DNA from: Cladosporium halotolerans
Lineage: Eukaryota
Reading direction: 5' to 3'
DNA: 64,000 bases
Assembly: GCF_011745625.1 (NCBI RefSeq)
Contig: NW_027191459.1
Coordinates: 62,001-126,000, forward strand
This document shows positions 24,244 through 36,430 of the stretch, one piece after another. Positions within the stretch are counted from its first letter, which is position 1, and every line of letters starts with the position of its first letter. Under the pieces are notes generated by a model. It was given only the letters and a program-made list of their open reading frames with translations. It had not been told where the DNA came from and ran no database searches. A program made the position numbers and the translations under genes.

Positions 24244-27200
24244 CTAGTCCCAAGCTCCATCCTCATCCCCATCCACAGACTTCGACATGCTCCCGTTCCG
24301 CGGCCTCACCTTCTTCCTCGGCGTGTTCTGCGAGCTGCCTCCTGACTTCCTCTTCCTGCTCTTCCCTCCCACAGGCGGCGTCGCGCCATCGCTGTCGCTC
24401 GCATCTCCAGCTCCGCCGGTAACAGCCATTTCGTCCTCGTCCTCAGACGGGATCTTGGCCTCGCTGTCCACGGATGTGACCTCAACAAAGCGCTCGCAGA
24501 GAGCGTGCTGCTGCTCCGAAGTAGCAGTGGCAGCCATGAGGTCTGGAATAGCTTTGAGATAGGCGTCCGTGAGGAACGCTGTGGTATTTGCGCGGGATGG
24601 CGCCTTGCTGTTCTCCTTAATAGCTGCTTTGCTGTTGCGGACGATCTTCTGAAGGTTCCAGAGGCGAAGGAGGTAAGTGCGGGTTTCCCAGATGATGAGC
24701 AGGATCTGCGAGGATATGGCCAGGGTTCGCAGGCGCGCTGGGTTGATCGATGTATCCTGGGACGCGCCAGTCATTGTACCGATGGCCATGGGATCTGGAG
24801 CAAGCATGGCCTCCACGTTGAGTTTCAGTACTTCGCTTTCGATGGCCTGGGCAACTGGGGTGCCAACGCTTGCGAACGACTTCTCAAAAGCGGACAAGAG
24901 CTTGAGCAAATCATCCGTACGGTCATAGTCGAAGAAGGCCAGGTTTTCGCAGACGTAGCGGGCGAGTGTGAGTTCCGGTGGCGTAATAGTACGAACGTCG
25001 AGACGCGCAGGCTCGAACTCAAGCTTCTGACAGATGTTGCTGATGAACTTGTGTCTGACCTTCAATTTGCCGCTTTTCAGCACATCCCAGAAGTAGTGCA
25101 GTTTGGATTGCGGAGGGGAACCTGTGAAGCCGGCAAGACCGCCAGAAATTCTGTGCTGGTAATTGAGCGACCGTTGCACTGAGCGCACATACTCTTTCTC
25201 GATTACCGTCTCGTGCTTTTGATGCATGACGCGGTGTTCGCTGAACGCGATTTGCGCGATTCTGGTATTGGGAGACGTCTCGAGAGCAACAAGAGTCGGG
25301 CCACATTCTTTAGGGTGAGGTAGACCCTGCTGAAGGATACTAGCAATAAGCTTCGTCGCCGTCAATGCCAACTCGTCGCCAGTGCCAGGCGTGGCGGAGG
25401 ATTCCGCAAGGCGGATGATGTCGGGCAAGAACTTTTGTGCAAGGGCTGAAGATGCGCCATCTTGATCAGAAGCAACATAGGTCCTGGCCAAGCGCTCTCT
25501 GCCCGTGACCGGTGCTGCCGCGGCATCTTGTTGAGTCTCGCTGGGAACGCCAAGCATGGCGAAGAATCCCTCCAGACCGGAGACGAAGATTTCTTCCAAA
25601 GAGTGCGCTTTCTCTTTCAAGATCAGATTGAAAGCTCCACCGACATCCTCGCGCAAGAACATGTTAGGCCAGCGTTGAGAGATGGCGCAGATAGCGTCTA
25701 GAGCTGCTTCGCGAATATCGGTCGGCTGTTTAGGGTTCGTGAATGGGCAAACCACTTCGATAGCCAGATCCGCCACTGATCGAGACTTGGACCAGCTGAA
25801 TTTCTGCTGGAAAGTGGTGAATTGACTTTCAAAGTCGCAAGCCTTGCCAAACTGCCCAACGATATTCATCAACTTGGTAACGCGGCTGACTTGCTTGGGA
25901 TCGGACGTGAAATCCGCCTTGCTCATCGAGCGAATGTTAGCCATGGCGGAGGCCATGAGATTGACAAGGCGCTCTGTGTTTTGAAGCTCGCCGTCAATAG
26001 TCCACAAACATGCAGCGACCTCAGTGATTTCTGTCTTGGGCAAGCGACCGATGCTCTTCATGAGAGACGACTGGAGCTTCATCAGGATGTCGTGGCCGAG
26101 ATTGTTCACGTGCGGCATCGCGTATCGCAAGATTGCGAGAACGGATCGGTACACATTGAGGTCGTCACTCTTGTTCAGGTTATTGGTATACGGCTCAAGA
26201 CGCTCAAGTTGCGCCGCGTTCATAAGCGTGGGACAAGCTTTGGCGAAGATGGTCAGGGTCTGGAGAATGATCGCAGCGGAGGGGCTTCCAGGAATGTCCT
26301 CAGGATCAATCATGCCATCGAAAAGGACCTCAATGAGAACTTTGCATACTCTTTCGTTCGCAGGCGCAGTCTTGGACTTGGTGGTCACATCTCGGATCAG
26401 ACGGCCCATCTCGCGATGTAGATCATCTGCATTCTGTTTGTTGTGGTCAACGCATGAGGTGAGCAGCTGCGCCTGTGAGCGATATTTGAGTTTCGTCTGC
26501 ACGGCAGTGTCGCCTTGCAAAGATAAGCCATGGAACGGCGCAAACCAAAGCTCCTCGAGGATGCTGCGAACCAGCTCGAGAACATTTTCTTCCGCGTCTT
26601 TCATACCCTCGATGAGCGCGTTGGCTACACTCAAGCGCACTTTCAGCTGAGATTCGGGAAGCGAGCCGGATTTCATCTGAACTTCAGTGTTCAAATAAAG
26701 GTCTTTCAACACCTTGAAAGCTTTCTTGCGAACACCAGACATTGGATCCATGGCGCGCAGAGCGACGTGAGGGTGAACCTGACCGGCCAGCTCGGGGCGC
26801 AGGGCCAAGCACCTTTGCACCAGACTAAGAGCGGACTCACGCACCAATGCAGACTTGTCTTTCATGCAGTTAAGGATGCGATGAAGGAGATGGACATTAC
26901 GGGCGAGCACTTCAGGATCCTTTTCGATGACCGTCAACATGCTCTTGATGGCTCGACTCTTAACGAGTGTATGCTCGTCTGTGAGCGCGTTGACCAGACC
27001 ACTGAAGAGACGATGGAAAGCCTTGCAAAATGTCGTGTTGATGGTGACGAGCAAAGAAGCGAAGCGTCCAGTGGTAGTCGACGGCGTTTTGAAGTCATAA
27101 TTCTCTTCCAACCATTCCGGGTCGACGATGATATTACGAAGCTTTTCTGAAAGGCTTTTCGACATGTCAGGGGCGTCGCTATTTTCCGAGTCGACCGAAC

Positions 27201-29814
27201 CAGAGCGCGCCCCACACAGCTGCATTGCCCAATGTACCAGCAGATAGCCTTTTGCCGTCTGAACTTGCGCGTCGTTGCCGTTGTCTCGCGCTCTTAGATA
27301 CTCAAGGACAAAGCGGTACGGCCCGTTGAAGTCAAGCAAGTCGCGACTGTCGATGTCCTTGTTGTTGATGTCCGCATTATGAAAGGTAGTCACCAGAGTG
27401 TTCGTGAGCGGTGATTCATCTCTGTCGACGTTCTTGGCCACGCTGCGAGTCTGCATCTGCAGACCAAGAATACCAGACCCCATCATACCCATCAACTCGA
27501 GACCCAGGTTCCGTGCGGGTACGGTAGCCTTTGGGTTTTCTGCCAAGCTGACCAGGTAGTTCAACATGATTTGCAACAACAGCTCTGCGGCAGGCCAGTC
27601 GCTTGACCCCAGTACATTGAGGAAGTCCTCGGTGAAGATGTCGATGAGCTTGCGATAGGGCTCGTCGGAGTTTTTGGCCGTCGTCGAAGCGCGTTGAATC
27701 AGCATACGAACAATGTAGCTGGCGTTGCTCCTGGCTGCGTCGTGAAGCGGGCTGACCAAAGATACCAAGTCGTTGGGTACGCCTTTCTTCTTATTTGAGA
27801 CTTGAATCCCTCCATAGTCGTCGTCATCCGGGTCGTCGTCCTTGACATCCTCGTCAGATCCCTCAGCGTCTTCATCATCTTCATCGTCATCGTCTTCCAC
27901 AGCCTTGCTCCGGAGATGCAGCGCAGTACTGTTCCTGGTAGCACTCGTTTGAACCAGACGCATGAGTAAGGCCGAAACGAGCTGGATGGGCTTCCCGTCG
28001 GGCAAGCGATATTGTCGAGCGCTTTGCTTGGTCGCTGGTAGTTTCTCAAGCGAGACCAATATCTCATCGATGACGAACAGACGCTGGTCGGTGTACCTCG
28101 TGAAAATCCTCCCAAGCACGTCCATAGCGTACTTGCGAGTTGATTCGAAAGGTTGGATTCCGAGGACTGATTCCTTCTCTGTACCAGCATTTTCCGCGAA
28201 GATGAGAGATTTACACATGTAGACGATACTGGAAATCGCGCTTTCGTCCACGTCAACGCGTGACAGCAAGATGGCGAGTAAACGAAGTGACTTGGTGACA
28301 GCGTGCAGAAGCGACTGAAGACCACTTCGGTGGTTGGTAGCGAGCACAAACTTCGGGTTGTACTGGGGCTTGTCGCCACCGCGAACCCTTTCGCCAACGA
28401 ATGACCGTTCCTCGGCAACTGGAACAAGTCCAGTATCAATGATCGTTTTCAACAGGTCCAAGGCGGCGCGAACGTGATCTTCGGACTGCAGTTCCTTCTC
28501 CTGCCGACCAGCATTCATCACACGAAAAAGAGTCCGAGCCGCAAGAAGTGAGCTTTCGGCTTGGTCCAATTTCGTCAACCAGAATTGAACATCATCTTGG
28601 GACCAATCTTCACCGATTTGAAGATTTGTGCTGTTGGCTGCAGAGACAGCGCGCTCGTTGAATTTCTGAACCCTTACCAGATCTTCAACATCCATGCTAT
28701 CGAGGCGGACATACTTTGCAACGGACTGGACGGCAGTATCCAGTTGTTCCTGTGCAGTGCGCTGGAGGATTGGAACACGGCCATCGTCAGAATCTGCCAC
28801 CGTAAGCCATTTGGAATGGCTCATGTCATCCGGGTCAAAATTGTCTTCAGCCGTGAAGATCTCATTGAGCAGAATTTGGAGTGCTGCTACCGCGGCATCC
28901 CCCTTTTGGCGCTGATCCACACTGATGGTCCGCGATCCATTGCTAGCCGTTGGGCGTGATTTGCCAGATTGCCCCTCGCTTGTATCTGCGACGTATTGAA
29001 TGCCAGAGAGTTCAGCGGCCGAGAGTCTGCCTGGGACTACCGCTTGGAGGACCTGGCTTGAAGGTGCTGCGTGACTACTCTGCGGAAGGCCGTCATTTTG
29101 TAAGGGCGGGAAGCCATTTTGCTGGTTGGTTTCGGGTTTCACAGTAGATTGCGGTGTCGGGATTCGCTTCTGGATCTTTGTCGTACTCGGATTGGTACCA
29201 TTCACAGCAGGCCTGTTCTGCGTACCTGGTGACTCCGGGGTCAAGTAGCGGAACGGGACGTCGGCTGAGTCAAGAACCATCCTTGCGAATGGACTTAGCT
29301 CAGGAGCTGGACGTGAAGCTTGACTGCTCGCGCCTTCGCGTGCCTGAAGATTCTTCGGTCTCTTGAACTGGTACTTCGTCAAGCTATCTGAATCCAGCAG
29401 CTTCTGCACGTCTTTTAGGGTCTGTTGGCAGCGCTTTGAAGCAGATTCTGCATTGGTCGCTCCGGCACTGAGTCTCTCGAGAACCCGACGAGATTGCTGG
29501 TGGTCACCGAGTCCAAAGTTGGCGTTATGGTAAGGAGTGGCTAAAGGTGGGGGAATGACTTCTTAAGGACGAGTCAGTTAAAGTCGCATGAAACTGAACG
29601 AAACAGCATGTGATGGATCAAAATTCACAAGCCAGAGATCGGGAATGTACATACCAGGATTGAAGGGAATGATTGAGCTGAAAGGAGTGAAGGGTAGCGC
29701 CTCGCTCACTGTGGGCGTTTGCATCCATTGTTGGTCGGCAGAACCTTGGTGAGGCTGTGACGGCACGCCATTTGTAGGCGGCATATTCCCGCCGCTGTTG
29801 TACGTGTTTTGCAT
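24244..29814 (-). CDS. SCC2: Cohesin loader Scc2/Mis4/NIPBL; intron ~29578-29653
   Basis: VSEALPFTPFSSIIPF N-terminal motif, LEKLPATKQSARQYRL...IQLVSALLMRLVQ, DWPAAELLL, HEAT repeats, QGLPHPKECGPTLVALETS, ENLAFFDY. Confidence 0.95.
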
Positions 29815-30331
29815 GACGGGTGTAACGAGTCCTTCTCTTGCCGCATGGGTGATCTTGATCGTTCAGCTAGCCTCGTTCGTAGCCAGCATCATCCGGCGCA
29901 TTCGAGGACGTGCCGGCTCTCGTCCGTGTCGGAGACCCCGTCGCGAGTCCGGAAGGATCTGATTGCATTCACTGTTGTGGATTCGGCATCGTCAATGCAT
30001 CGCTGCTGCGAGGAGTTATCATGTCGGCGTACAAGCAAACACCCGAGAAGCTGCCAGCAACGCCGTTTGTCGATGTTCACCAGTGAATGCCCATCTCCGC
30101 GCGCTTGCCGCATTTCCATCTCATCGGTCGCGGCTGCCTAATGGGGCGGGCCGAGTTCCCCGCCGCAGAGCCGCAGAGCTTATTTTCCCTCGGCTCCAGC
30201 TAGGAAAAATCCCGACCTTCACTTTTGGCCAGGAATTGAGGATCTCAAGTCTCACGAGCGAATACCTTGCAACCCGCCGCGTTCACGCCAAAGCACACAC
30301 GTGATCAATCTTCTCTCACATTGCGCCAAAC

Positions 30332-30759
30332 ATGGCTGCCATTGGATCCCTCGTCTTCTGCACCGACTGCGGCAACCTGCTTGAAACCAACACCAGCCGC
30401 AAAACCTACCTCACTTGTGATGTCTGCGGCGCGCAAAACAAGGGTATGTTGTAGAGATTTTGCAATGCTTCAATGAAAACGATGTTCTGACAGAGCCAAC
30501 AGATACCTCCAGCAAAACTATCACCACAGCCTCCAAGCCCAGCGCCTTCCCCTCATCACTCCGTACTCGTCTGCGTTCCGACGTGCAAGAGTTCGAAGAG
30601 GGCGACATCCAGACCGACGCGATCATCGACCACCCCTGCGAGAAATGCGGCAACCCTCAGACTCGCTACTACACGCAACAACTGCGCTCGGCCGACGAAG
30701 GCAGCACGGTCTTCTACACATGTCCGAAGTGCTCGCACAAATGGAACGAGAACAACTGA
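30332..30759 (+). CDS. RPA12: RNA polymerase I subunit A12.2; intron ~30444-30502
   Basis: MAAIGSLVFCTDCGNLL...CDVC zinc ribbon; TFIIS-like CEKC...QLRSADEGSTVFYTCPKC. Confidence 0.95.
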
Positions 30760-30928
30760 GCTTGGATTGAATGTTTTGAAATCTGTTCTGAATACTTTTT
30801 GTTGGAGGAAACGCTCTATGTCATGACCTGATGAAAATCGAAATATCCTCCCGCGACATCCGCATCGCCAAACGAAAGAACGCCAAACGTGCGCCTTCTA
30901 AACCCAAGTGCGCGACGACAAGTCAAAT

Positions 30929-31986
30929 TTACGCAGCAGCGGCGGCTGGAATAGTCGCGTACTCCATCTCGCCGTTCTTCTCGAACTCAGCCATGTCCAG
31001 CGCGACGACAATGCTGTCCTTGACGACCTGCTCGGGGTCGTCGACAAACTTCTTCAGCACGGCCTCAACACCCTCCTCCTCGCCCAAGCTACCAAGCGCC
31101 TCGGCCGCCTCGTGGCGCACCATGCTCTCCTCCTTTGTGTTGCTGAGCGTCTCGATCAAGCTGGGAACGGATGCCGGGTGGCACAACTGGCCGAAGACGA
31201 AGGCGATTTCGTGACGGAAAAGCGCGGACGGATCGTTCATGCCACGTGCAAGAGCGTGCACAGCGGGAACTGCGGTCGGAAGATCGGGCGGCGAGGCCAG
31301 GTCACGGAGCGCGAACATGGCCCTGTAGCGCTGGAACAGAGGGAGCTTGGTGTCGAGCAGCGTCTTCTCGAACTCGGCGATCGAAGGCGCATCAGCGGTC
31401 TCAGCAAGAGGAGGCGCAGGGTCAATAGACGCAAAGTCACTTTTCCAATCGTCAGCATATCCCAACCCCCAAATTCCACTCCCCAATCGCAATGTACATA
31501 CCTCGCCCTCAACTTCTCCTTCTTTCCCGCCTCACTAGCCGCCCACTCAATCCTCTCAACCGCCAACTCCGCCGTCTCCCTCACAACCTCCACCTCCTCC
31601 TTATCATCCCTCCTTTCCTTCAGCAGCCCCAACGAACCCTCAAACCCGAGCGCGCCGAGCGCCTCCGCCGCCTCATGCCTGCACATGGCGTCCTCCGCGC
31701 GGTCCTCGACGCATGCTTCCAAGAACGGCACGGCCTCGCGCTTGCCGCTCTGTCCCAGGCAGTACGCGAGCTCGTGCTTCAGCAGTGCGGAGGGCGACAC
31801 GAGGGCAGCGGCGATGGCTTCGAGCGCGGGCGTGGATTGTTCGGTGGGCGGGTTGAGGGCCGCGAGGTGCTTGAGGGAGAAGAGGGCGCGGAAGCGCGCG
31901 GCGAGGGGGGAGGTCTCGCTTGTGAGGGTGGTGCGGAGGGCGAGGACGGTGGGGTCTGTGGGCGTGGGGGTGTTGTAGGTGGACAT
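30929..31986 (-). CDS. LIA1: Deoxyhypusine hydroxylase; intron ~31447-31500
   Basis: Four HE motifs in HEAT repeats: SALLKHELAY, MCRHEAAEALG, ALFRHEIAF, MVRHEAAEALG; also DFASIDPAPP. Confidence 0.95.
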
Positions 31987-32426
31987 TTTGGCGGTGTTAA
32001 TCGGTTTGCTTAGGTGGTGTGTTTCAAGCTCGAGTGAGAGATGTGGATCTTGAAGTGAAAAGAGTGTGGTGACTGTGATTCAGGTGGTGGCCTTGAATTT
32101 GGTGGGAAGATCTGATAAGCTGGGCGATGAATAGATGATGGCTGTAAATTTTGTTGCAGCTTCAGAATCGGCGCTTGGTGCTGCGGGGTCGGACGATCGC
32201 GGTGTGGCTGAGGAAGAGGGTCTCGTTGGCGCTTGTGGCTTTGCTTGATGAGCGAGGGGCAATGCGAGGTCGGACTTTATTTATTACACCTCCAAGTAAG
32301 GTTCCATACCTTCTGTCTTATCATATCGATAGCAATTCTCTCGGCTCAGATCACGCGCACCTCCATTCGACAATAGTTCACTCTCCAAAAACCCTCTCTA
32401 CACACCCACTCTCCGCCCTCCTAACA

Positions 32427-33164
32427 ATGGCCGACGCACCCCTAACCCGCATCCTCCACACCACCGCCCGCGTGCACATCTACGCCATCCCGCCCATAAC
32501 CTCGACCCGCGGCTTCCACGCCGGCCCCTGGACCGCCCCGCCCAAACCCACCGCGCAGCAAATCTTCACCGCGCGCCTGCGAATCCTCGAGACGTCCTCC
32601 GCCTCCTCCTCCCTCTCCGTAAGCATCAACCTCGAAGACCCCACCAGCGGCGACCTCTTCGCCGCCGCGCCCTACACCTCTCCCGCCGCGGTGCAGAGCG
32701 CGCTGGACTCGAGTCGGTTTTTCGCGGTGCGAGTTGTCGGGGACGGAGGGATGAAAGCGACGCTGGGGCTGGGGTTTGAGGACCGCAGCGAGGCGTTTGA
32801 TTTTGGCGTTGCGCTTGCGGAGGCGAGGAAGGTGCTTGGGTGGGAGAAGAAAGAGGCGAGTGCGGTGGGTGGTGGGAAGGGGGCGGAGCCGGTGAGGGAT
32901 TTTAGTTTGAAGGAGGGGGAGAAGATTACGATTTCTGTTGGCGGGAGGGGGAGGAGGGAGGGTGCGGGAGGGGAGAAGAAGGCTGAGGAGGTGGATGGGA
33001 AGGCGTTGTTTTCGATTGCGCCGCCGCCATCAGGGTCGGGTGCTGCCGCTGGGTTCCCGAGCATTGCTCCGCCGCCGTCATCGGCAGGGTCGGGCAATGG
33101 GTTTGACGGAAAGACGGCGCAGGAGCTGGGGTTCGATGATGGAGAGTTTGGAGAGTTCCAATGA
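32427..33164 (+). CDS. NECAP-like adaptin ear-binding coat-associated protein (DUF1681)
   Basis: VHIYAIPP, GDLFAAAPY, DSSRFFAVRV, LGLGFEDRSEAFDFGVAL, DFSLKEGEKITI, C-terminal DGEFGEFQ. Confidence 0.9.
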   Translation: MADAPLTRILHTTARVHIYAIPPITSTRGFHAGPWTAPPKPTAQQIFTARLRILETSSASSSLSVSINLEDPTSGDLFAAAPYTSPAAVQSALDSSRFFAVRVVGDGGMKATLGLGFEDRSEAFDFGVALAEARKVLGWEKKEASAVGGGKGAEPVRDFSLKEGEKITISVGGRGRREGAGGEKKAEEVDGKALFSIAPPPSGSGAAAGFPSIAPPPSSAGSGNGFDGKTAQELGFDDGEFGEFQ

Positions 33165-33228
33165 GGTGGCTAGATGCTGTGAATCGTGATGTAATCTTTT
33201 ACATTGTATTTTTACAGTATGGCTACAT

Positions 33229-34887
33229 TTATTGTGGTCGTAAGAGGAGGAAGAGAAGGCACATCGCCGCTATGCCTGAGGCGGCCCCTTGGAGGGCGAT
33301 GGTGGTCACGTCGACTTGCTTGAGCTGGACGACGCGCTCGCTGAAGAGGTCGTGAAAGGCGGCTTTGGAGATCTCAAGGCGGTCTTCCCACGTTGCTGCT
33401 TTTTGAAGCTGTTCCCACAGCGGTACCGGTGCGGGCTCGGTGATGGGCGTACTCTCCACGGGAGATACTTCCTCCATCACGAGGGGAGGTTCACCGGCCA
33501 TCTCCCTCGTCACATCCTCTGGCGTGATTGCACCGACCGGTTGCTCAATCACCGGCTCAGTCACCGCCTTCACCACGCTCTCGACAGCCTCAACAGCTTC
33601 AACAGGCACGCCCTTGGGCTCCACCACCTCATCAACCTGCTTCTCCACCTCCGAGGCAGCAACAGCGACTTGGTTCTGTACCTGTCCAGGCGCGGCCACA
33701 CCCCTCTCGTCCAAGGCCTCCTTAACCTCTCTTACAATCTTCCTCCTTCTGTACGGCTCAAAGAAAATAATCTGCGCCAGCAACAGGAAGATGTTCACAC
33801 CCATCAGGCCAATCGTCACCCAAGTGCTGTTCCTGCGGATCGTGTCGCTCCAAATTTGCTCCTCATGGTACTGCTTGCGCTCCAACCTCTCCAGCAGCGC
33901 TCGTGAATCCTCCAAATCCCTCTCAGCGGCCGCCAAGTCCTCCTTGGCCTTCTGCACAGCCTGCTCGTCCAAGTGCTCAGAGCGCACGAGCGTCATGTAG
34001 CGCTCGAGGTCGCTCGGCGACCAGCTGCTCTTGCGCTCCAGCAGGCTGACGATCTCCTTCTGGCTGCTGGCCTGCTTGACGTGCGCTTCCATGTGCAGGT
34101 CCTTCTGCGCGGAGACGGCGAGGTGGCCGGCTTTGACGGCTTTCTCTTGCGCGACGATTTCGGTGCGGAGCGCTTCGATGCCGCTGAAGTCGGTGCCGGT
34201 GTAGGTGTTGATTTGCTGCGAGGCGAGAGTCGCTTTCGTGAGGAGGCTGTCCATGAGGGTGGAGAGGCGGCGGGAGAGGTCCCAGCGTTGCTTTTCGATT
34301 GCGGAGGGGAGGGAGGATAGGCGGGATGCGGGAGTTGACAGTGGCTCGTCGTTGGGCTGGGGCTGGCTCGAGGATGCTGCGGGTTCCGGTTGCTCCGTCG
34401 GGGGCACCTCGTTGTTGGTTTCCAAGGGCGGTGTCGTAGGCTCGGCGCTCGCATCGTGCTGGGTCGCGGACGAGGATAGTGTTGACTCAGGGCCAGCGTC
34501 TGGCTGAGGCGATGAAGCTGCCAGGTTCGGCTCGGGTGCAGGAGGGACTATTGTTGTTGGTTCTTCTCGAGGGGGAGGCGGTTGTAGGTGGATCGTAGGA
34601 GACGGTGTATCTTGCTCTTTCCCGTCCTTCTTGTCATTGTCCAATGCCCTCGCCGACGTGGTGAATGACCTCCCCGCCGTCCTGTAAGAGGTATTCCATC
34701 GCGTCAGGCTCCCCTGCCTCTCATCCTTTCTCAAGACCTCCTTCCGACAACCACGGCATGTCCACTCTCCGCCGAACCTCGCACTGCTGCTAGCCCTCAC
34801 GACTTGCTGTATTCCCGTGACTCTTGCGAACACATGTTTCTGCACATCCTTCCTCAGTAACGCTCCATACCGCACGGCCGGGTTCAT
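33229..34887 (-). CDS. SHE9: Mitochondrial inner-membrane protein She9/Mdm33
   Basis: YTGTDFSGIEALR, SQKEIVSLLERKSSWSPSDLERY, QYHEEQIWSDTIRRNSTWVTIGLMGVN, EPYRRRKIV. Confidence 0.92.
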   Translation of the reverse strand: MNPAVRYGALLRKDVQKHVFARVTGIQQVVRASSSARFGGEWTCRGCRKEVLRKDERQGSLTRWNTSYRTAGRSFTTSARALDNDKKDGKEQDTPSPTIHLQPPPPREEPTTIVPPAPEPNLAASSPQPDAGPESTLSSSATQHDASAEPTTPPLETNNEVPPTEQPEPAASSSQPQPNDEPLSTPASRLSSLPSAIEKQRWDLSRRLSTLMDSLLTKATLASQQINTYTGTDFSGIEALRTEIVAQEKAVKAGHLAVSAQKDLHMEAHVKQASSQKEIVSLLERKSSWSPSDLERYMTLVRSEHLDEQAVQKAKEDLAAAERDLEDSRALLERLERKQYHEEQIWSDTIRRNSTWVTIGLMGVNIFLLLAQIIFFEPYRRRKIVREVKEALDERGVAAPGQVQNQVAVAASEVEKQVDEVVEPKGVPVEAVEAVESVVKAVTEPVIEQPVGAITPEDVTREMAGEPPLVMEEVSPVESTPITEPAPVPLWEQLQKAATWEDRLEISKAAFHDLFSERVVQLKQVDVTTIALQGAASGIAAMCLLFLLLRPQ

Positions 34888-35351
34888 GCTCCAGTAAACG
34901 CAAAGAAAGAACGACAGATATGTAAGTGAACAGCAAGAAACGGTCCCTCGGCCCAGTGTTTAGCAGCACAGCACCAGCAAGCTTCGAAGCCGAAGCACCA
35001 GCGACCGCGGAGCGCGGGCGGGCGGCTCTGCGGCGCCAAGAGGCGAGGTCGAGCGGGCTTGGAGACCCTGGCCCAATGACGCCCGGGCTGAATGTTGCGT
35101 TGAGGAAAAAGGGCAGGGCGATTGCTCCGAGGCGCCTCTGAGGCCAGGACGTCACTCTCAATGCGCGCCCGGACGATTTTTTGGTGGCGCCCGCCCCGCC
35201 ACGTGGGGTGTTTTGGTCGCGATTGATAGACAGTCATACATATCGCTGGACCACTCTTTTCTCCAAACAACATCCCCTGTCAGGAATTACGAGGTCTCAT
35301 TTTTATGCAGTTCATACACATTTTCTTTAGACGCATACAAGACCTGCAAAC

Positions 35352-36430
35352 ATGGCCACCACCGATCTCAAGGCTCTCCGTTTCCCTTTCAAGGATCCCA
35401 AGTTCATCTTCTTCACCGACTTCGATGGCACCATCACCCTGAAAGACAGCAATGACTATATGGTGAGGCGATACGGAACCAATGGCCCATTCCTCCCTAG
35501 GAGTGCATCTTGTACTAACAACCCACCAGACCGACACTATCGGCTACGGTGCCGAGAAGCGCAAGCAGGGCAACAAGGATGTCCTTGACGGCAAGAAGAA
35601 CTTCAGGTATATCGCCTTACGCTTCGAAGCATCGGAAGGCTTGAAAAGATTTAACATTTTCCTCACAGAGACGCTTTCCGCGAGATGATGGACTCCATTA
35701 CCCGTCCCTTCCCGCAGTGCGTCGACTACTTGGTCGAGAACATCACCCTCGACCCCCACTTCAACGAGTACTTCCAGTGGGCCCTGGCCAACAACATCCC
35801 GACTGTCGTCGTCTCCTCCGGCATGACGCCCGTCATCCGCGGTATCCTTCAGAAGCTCGTCGGCCCTGACTGCGACAAGATCGACATTGTCTGCAACGAG
35901 GCCGTCCCGCGTGACGGCAAGTCCCTCGACGAGGAGGGCGGCTGGCAGATCCAGTACCACGATGACAGGTGAGTCGGCCTTCATCTTTTAGTCAGCGTTG
36001 TTCCACTTGCTGACCTCTCCCAGCGGCTTCGGCCACGACAAGTCCCTCACTCTCCGCCCCTACGCCCAGCTCCCCGCCGACAAGCGCCCCACCCTCTTCT
36101 ACGCCGGCGACGGTGTTTCCGACCTTTCCGCCGCTCGCGAGACCGACCTCCTCTTCGCCAAGAAGGGCCACGGTAAGTTCCCGTCCAGCGATTGCTGGCC
36201 TTACGCCCCTTTTTCGCTAACTCCCCATCACAGACCTGATCACCTACTGCGCGCGCGAGAACGTCCCCTTCACCGTCTTCGAGGACTGGAGCAGCATCCT
36301 GGCCACTGTCAAGCAGATCGTCGCGGGCGAGCGCAGCGTGCAAGACGCCGCCTCCCAGGGCTTTGCGGACTACAAGGCTGGCAAGGCGGGCGTTGAGCCC
36401 ATCGCTGCCCTGAATGGCAACGCCAAGTAA
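35352..36430 (+). CDS. HAD-superfamily phosphatase (Pyp1/YNL010W-like, MtnX-like); 4 introns
   Basis: Motif I FFTDFDGTIT, VVVSSGM, GFGHDKS, YAGDGVSDLSAARETDLLFAK; stop TAA at 36428-36430. Confidence 0.9.
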
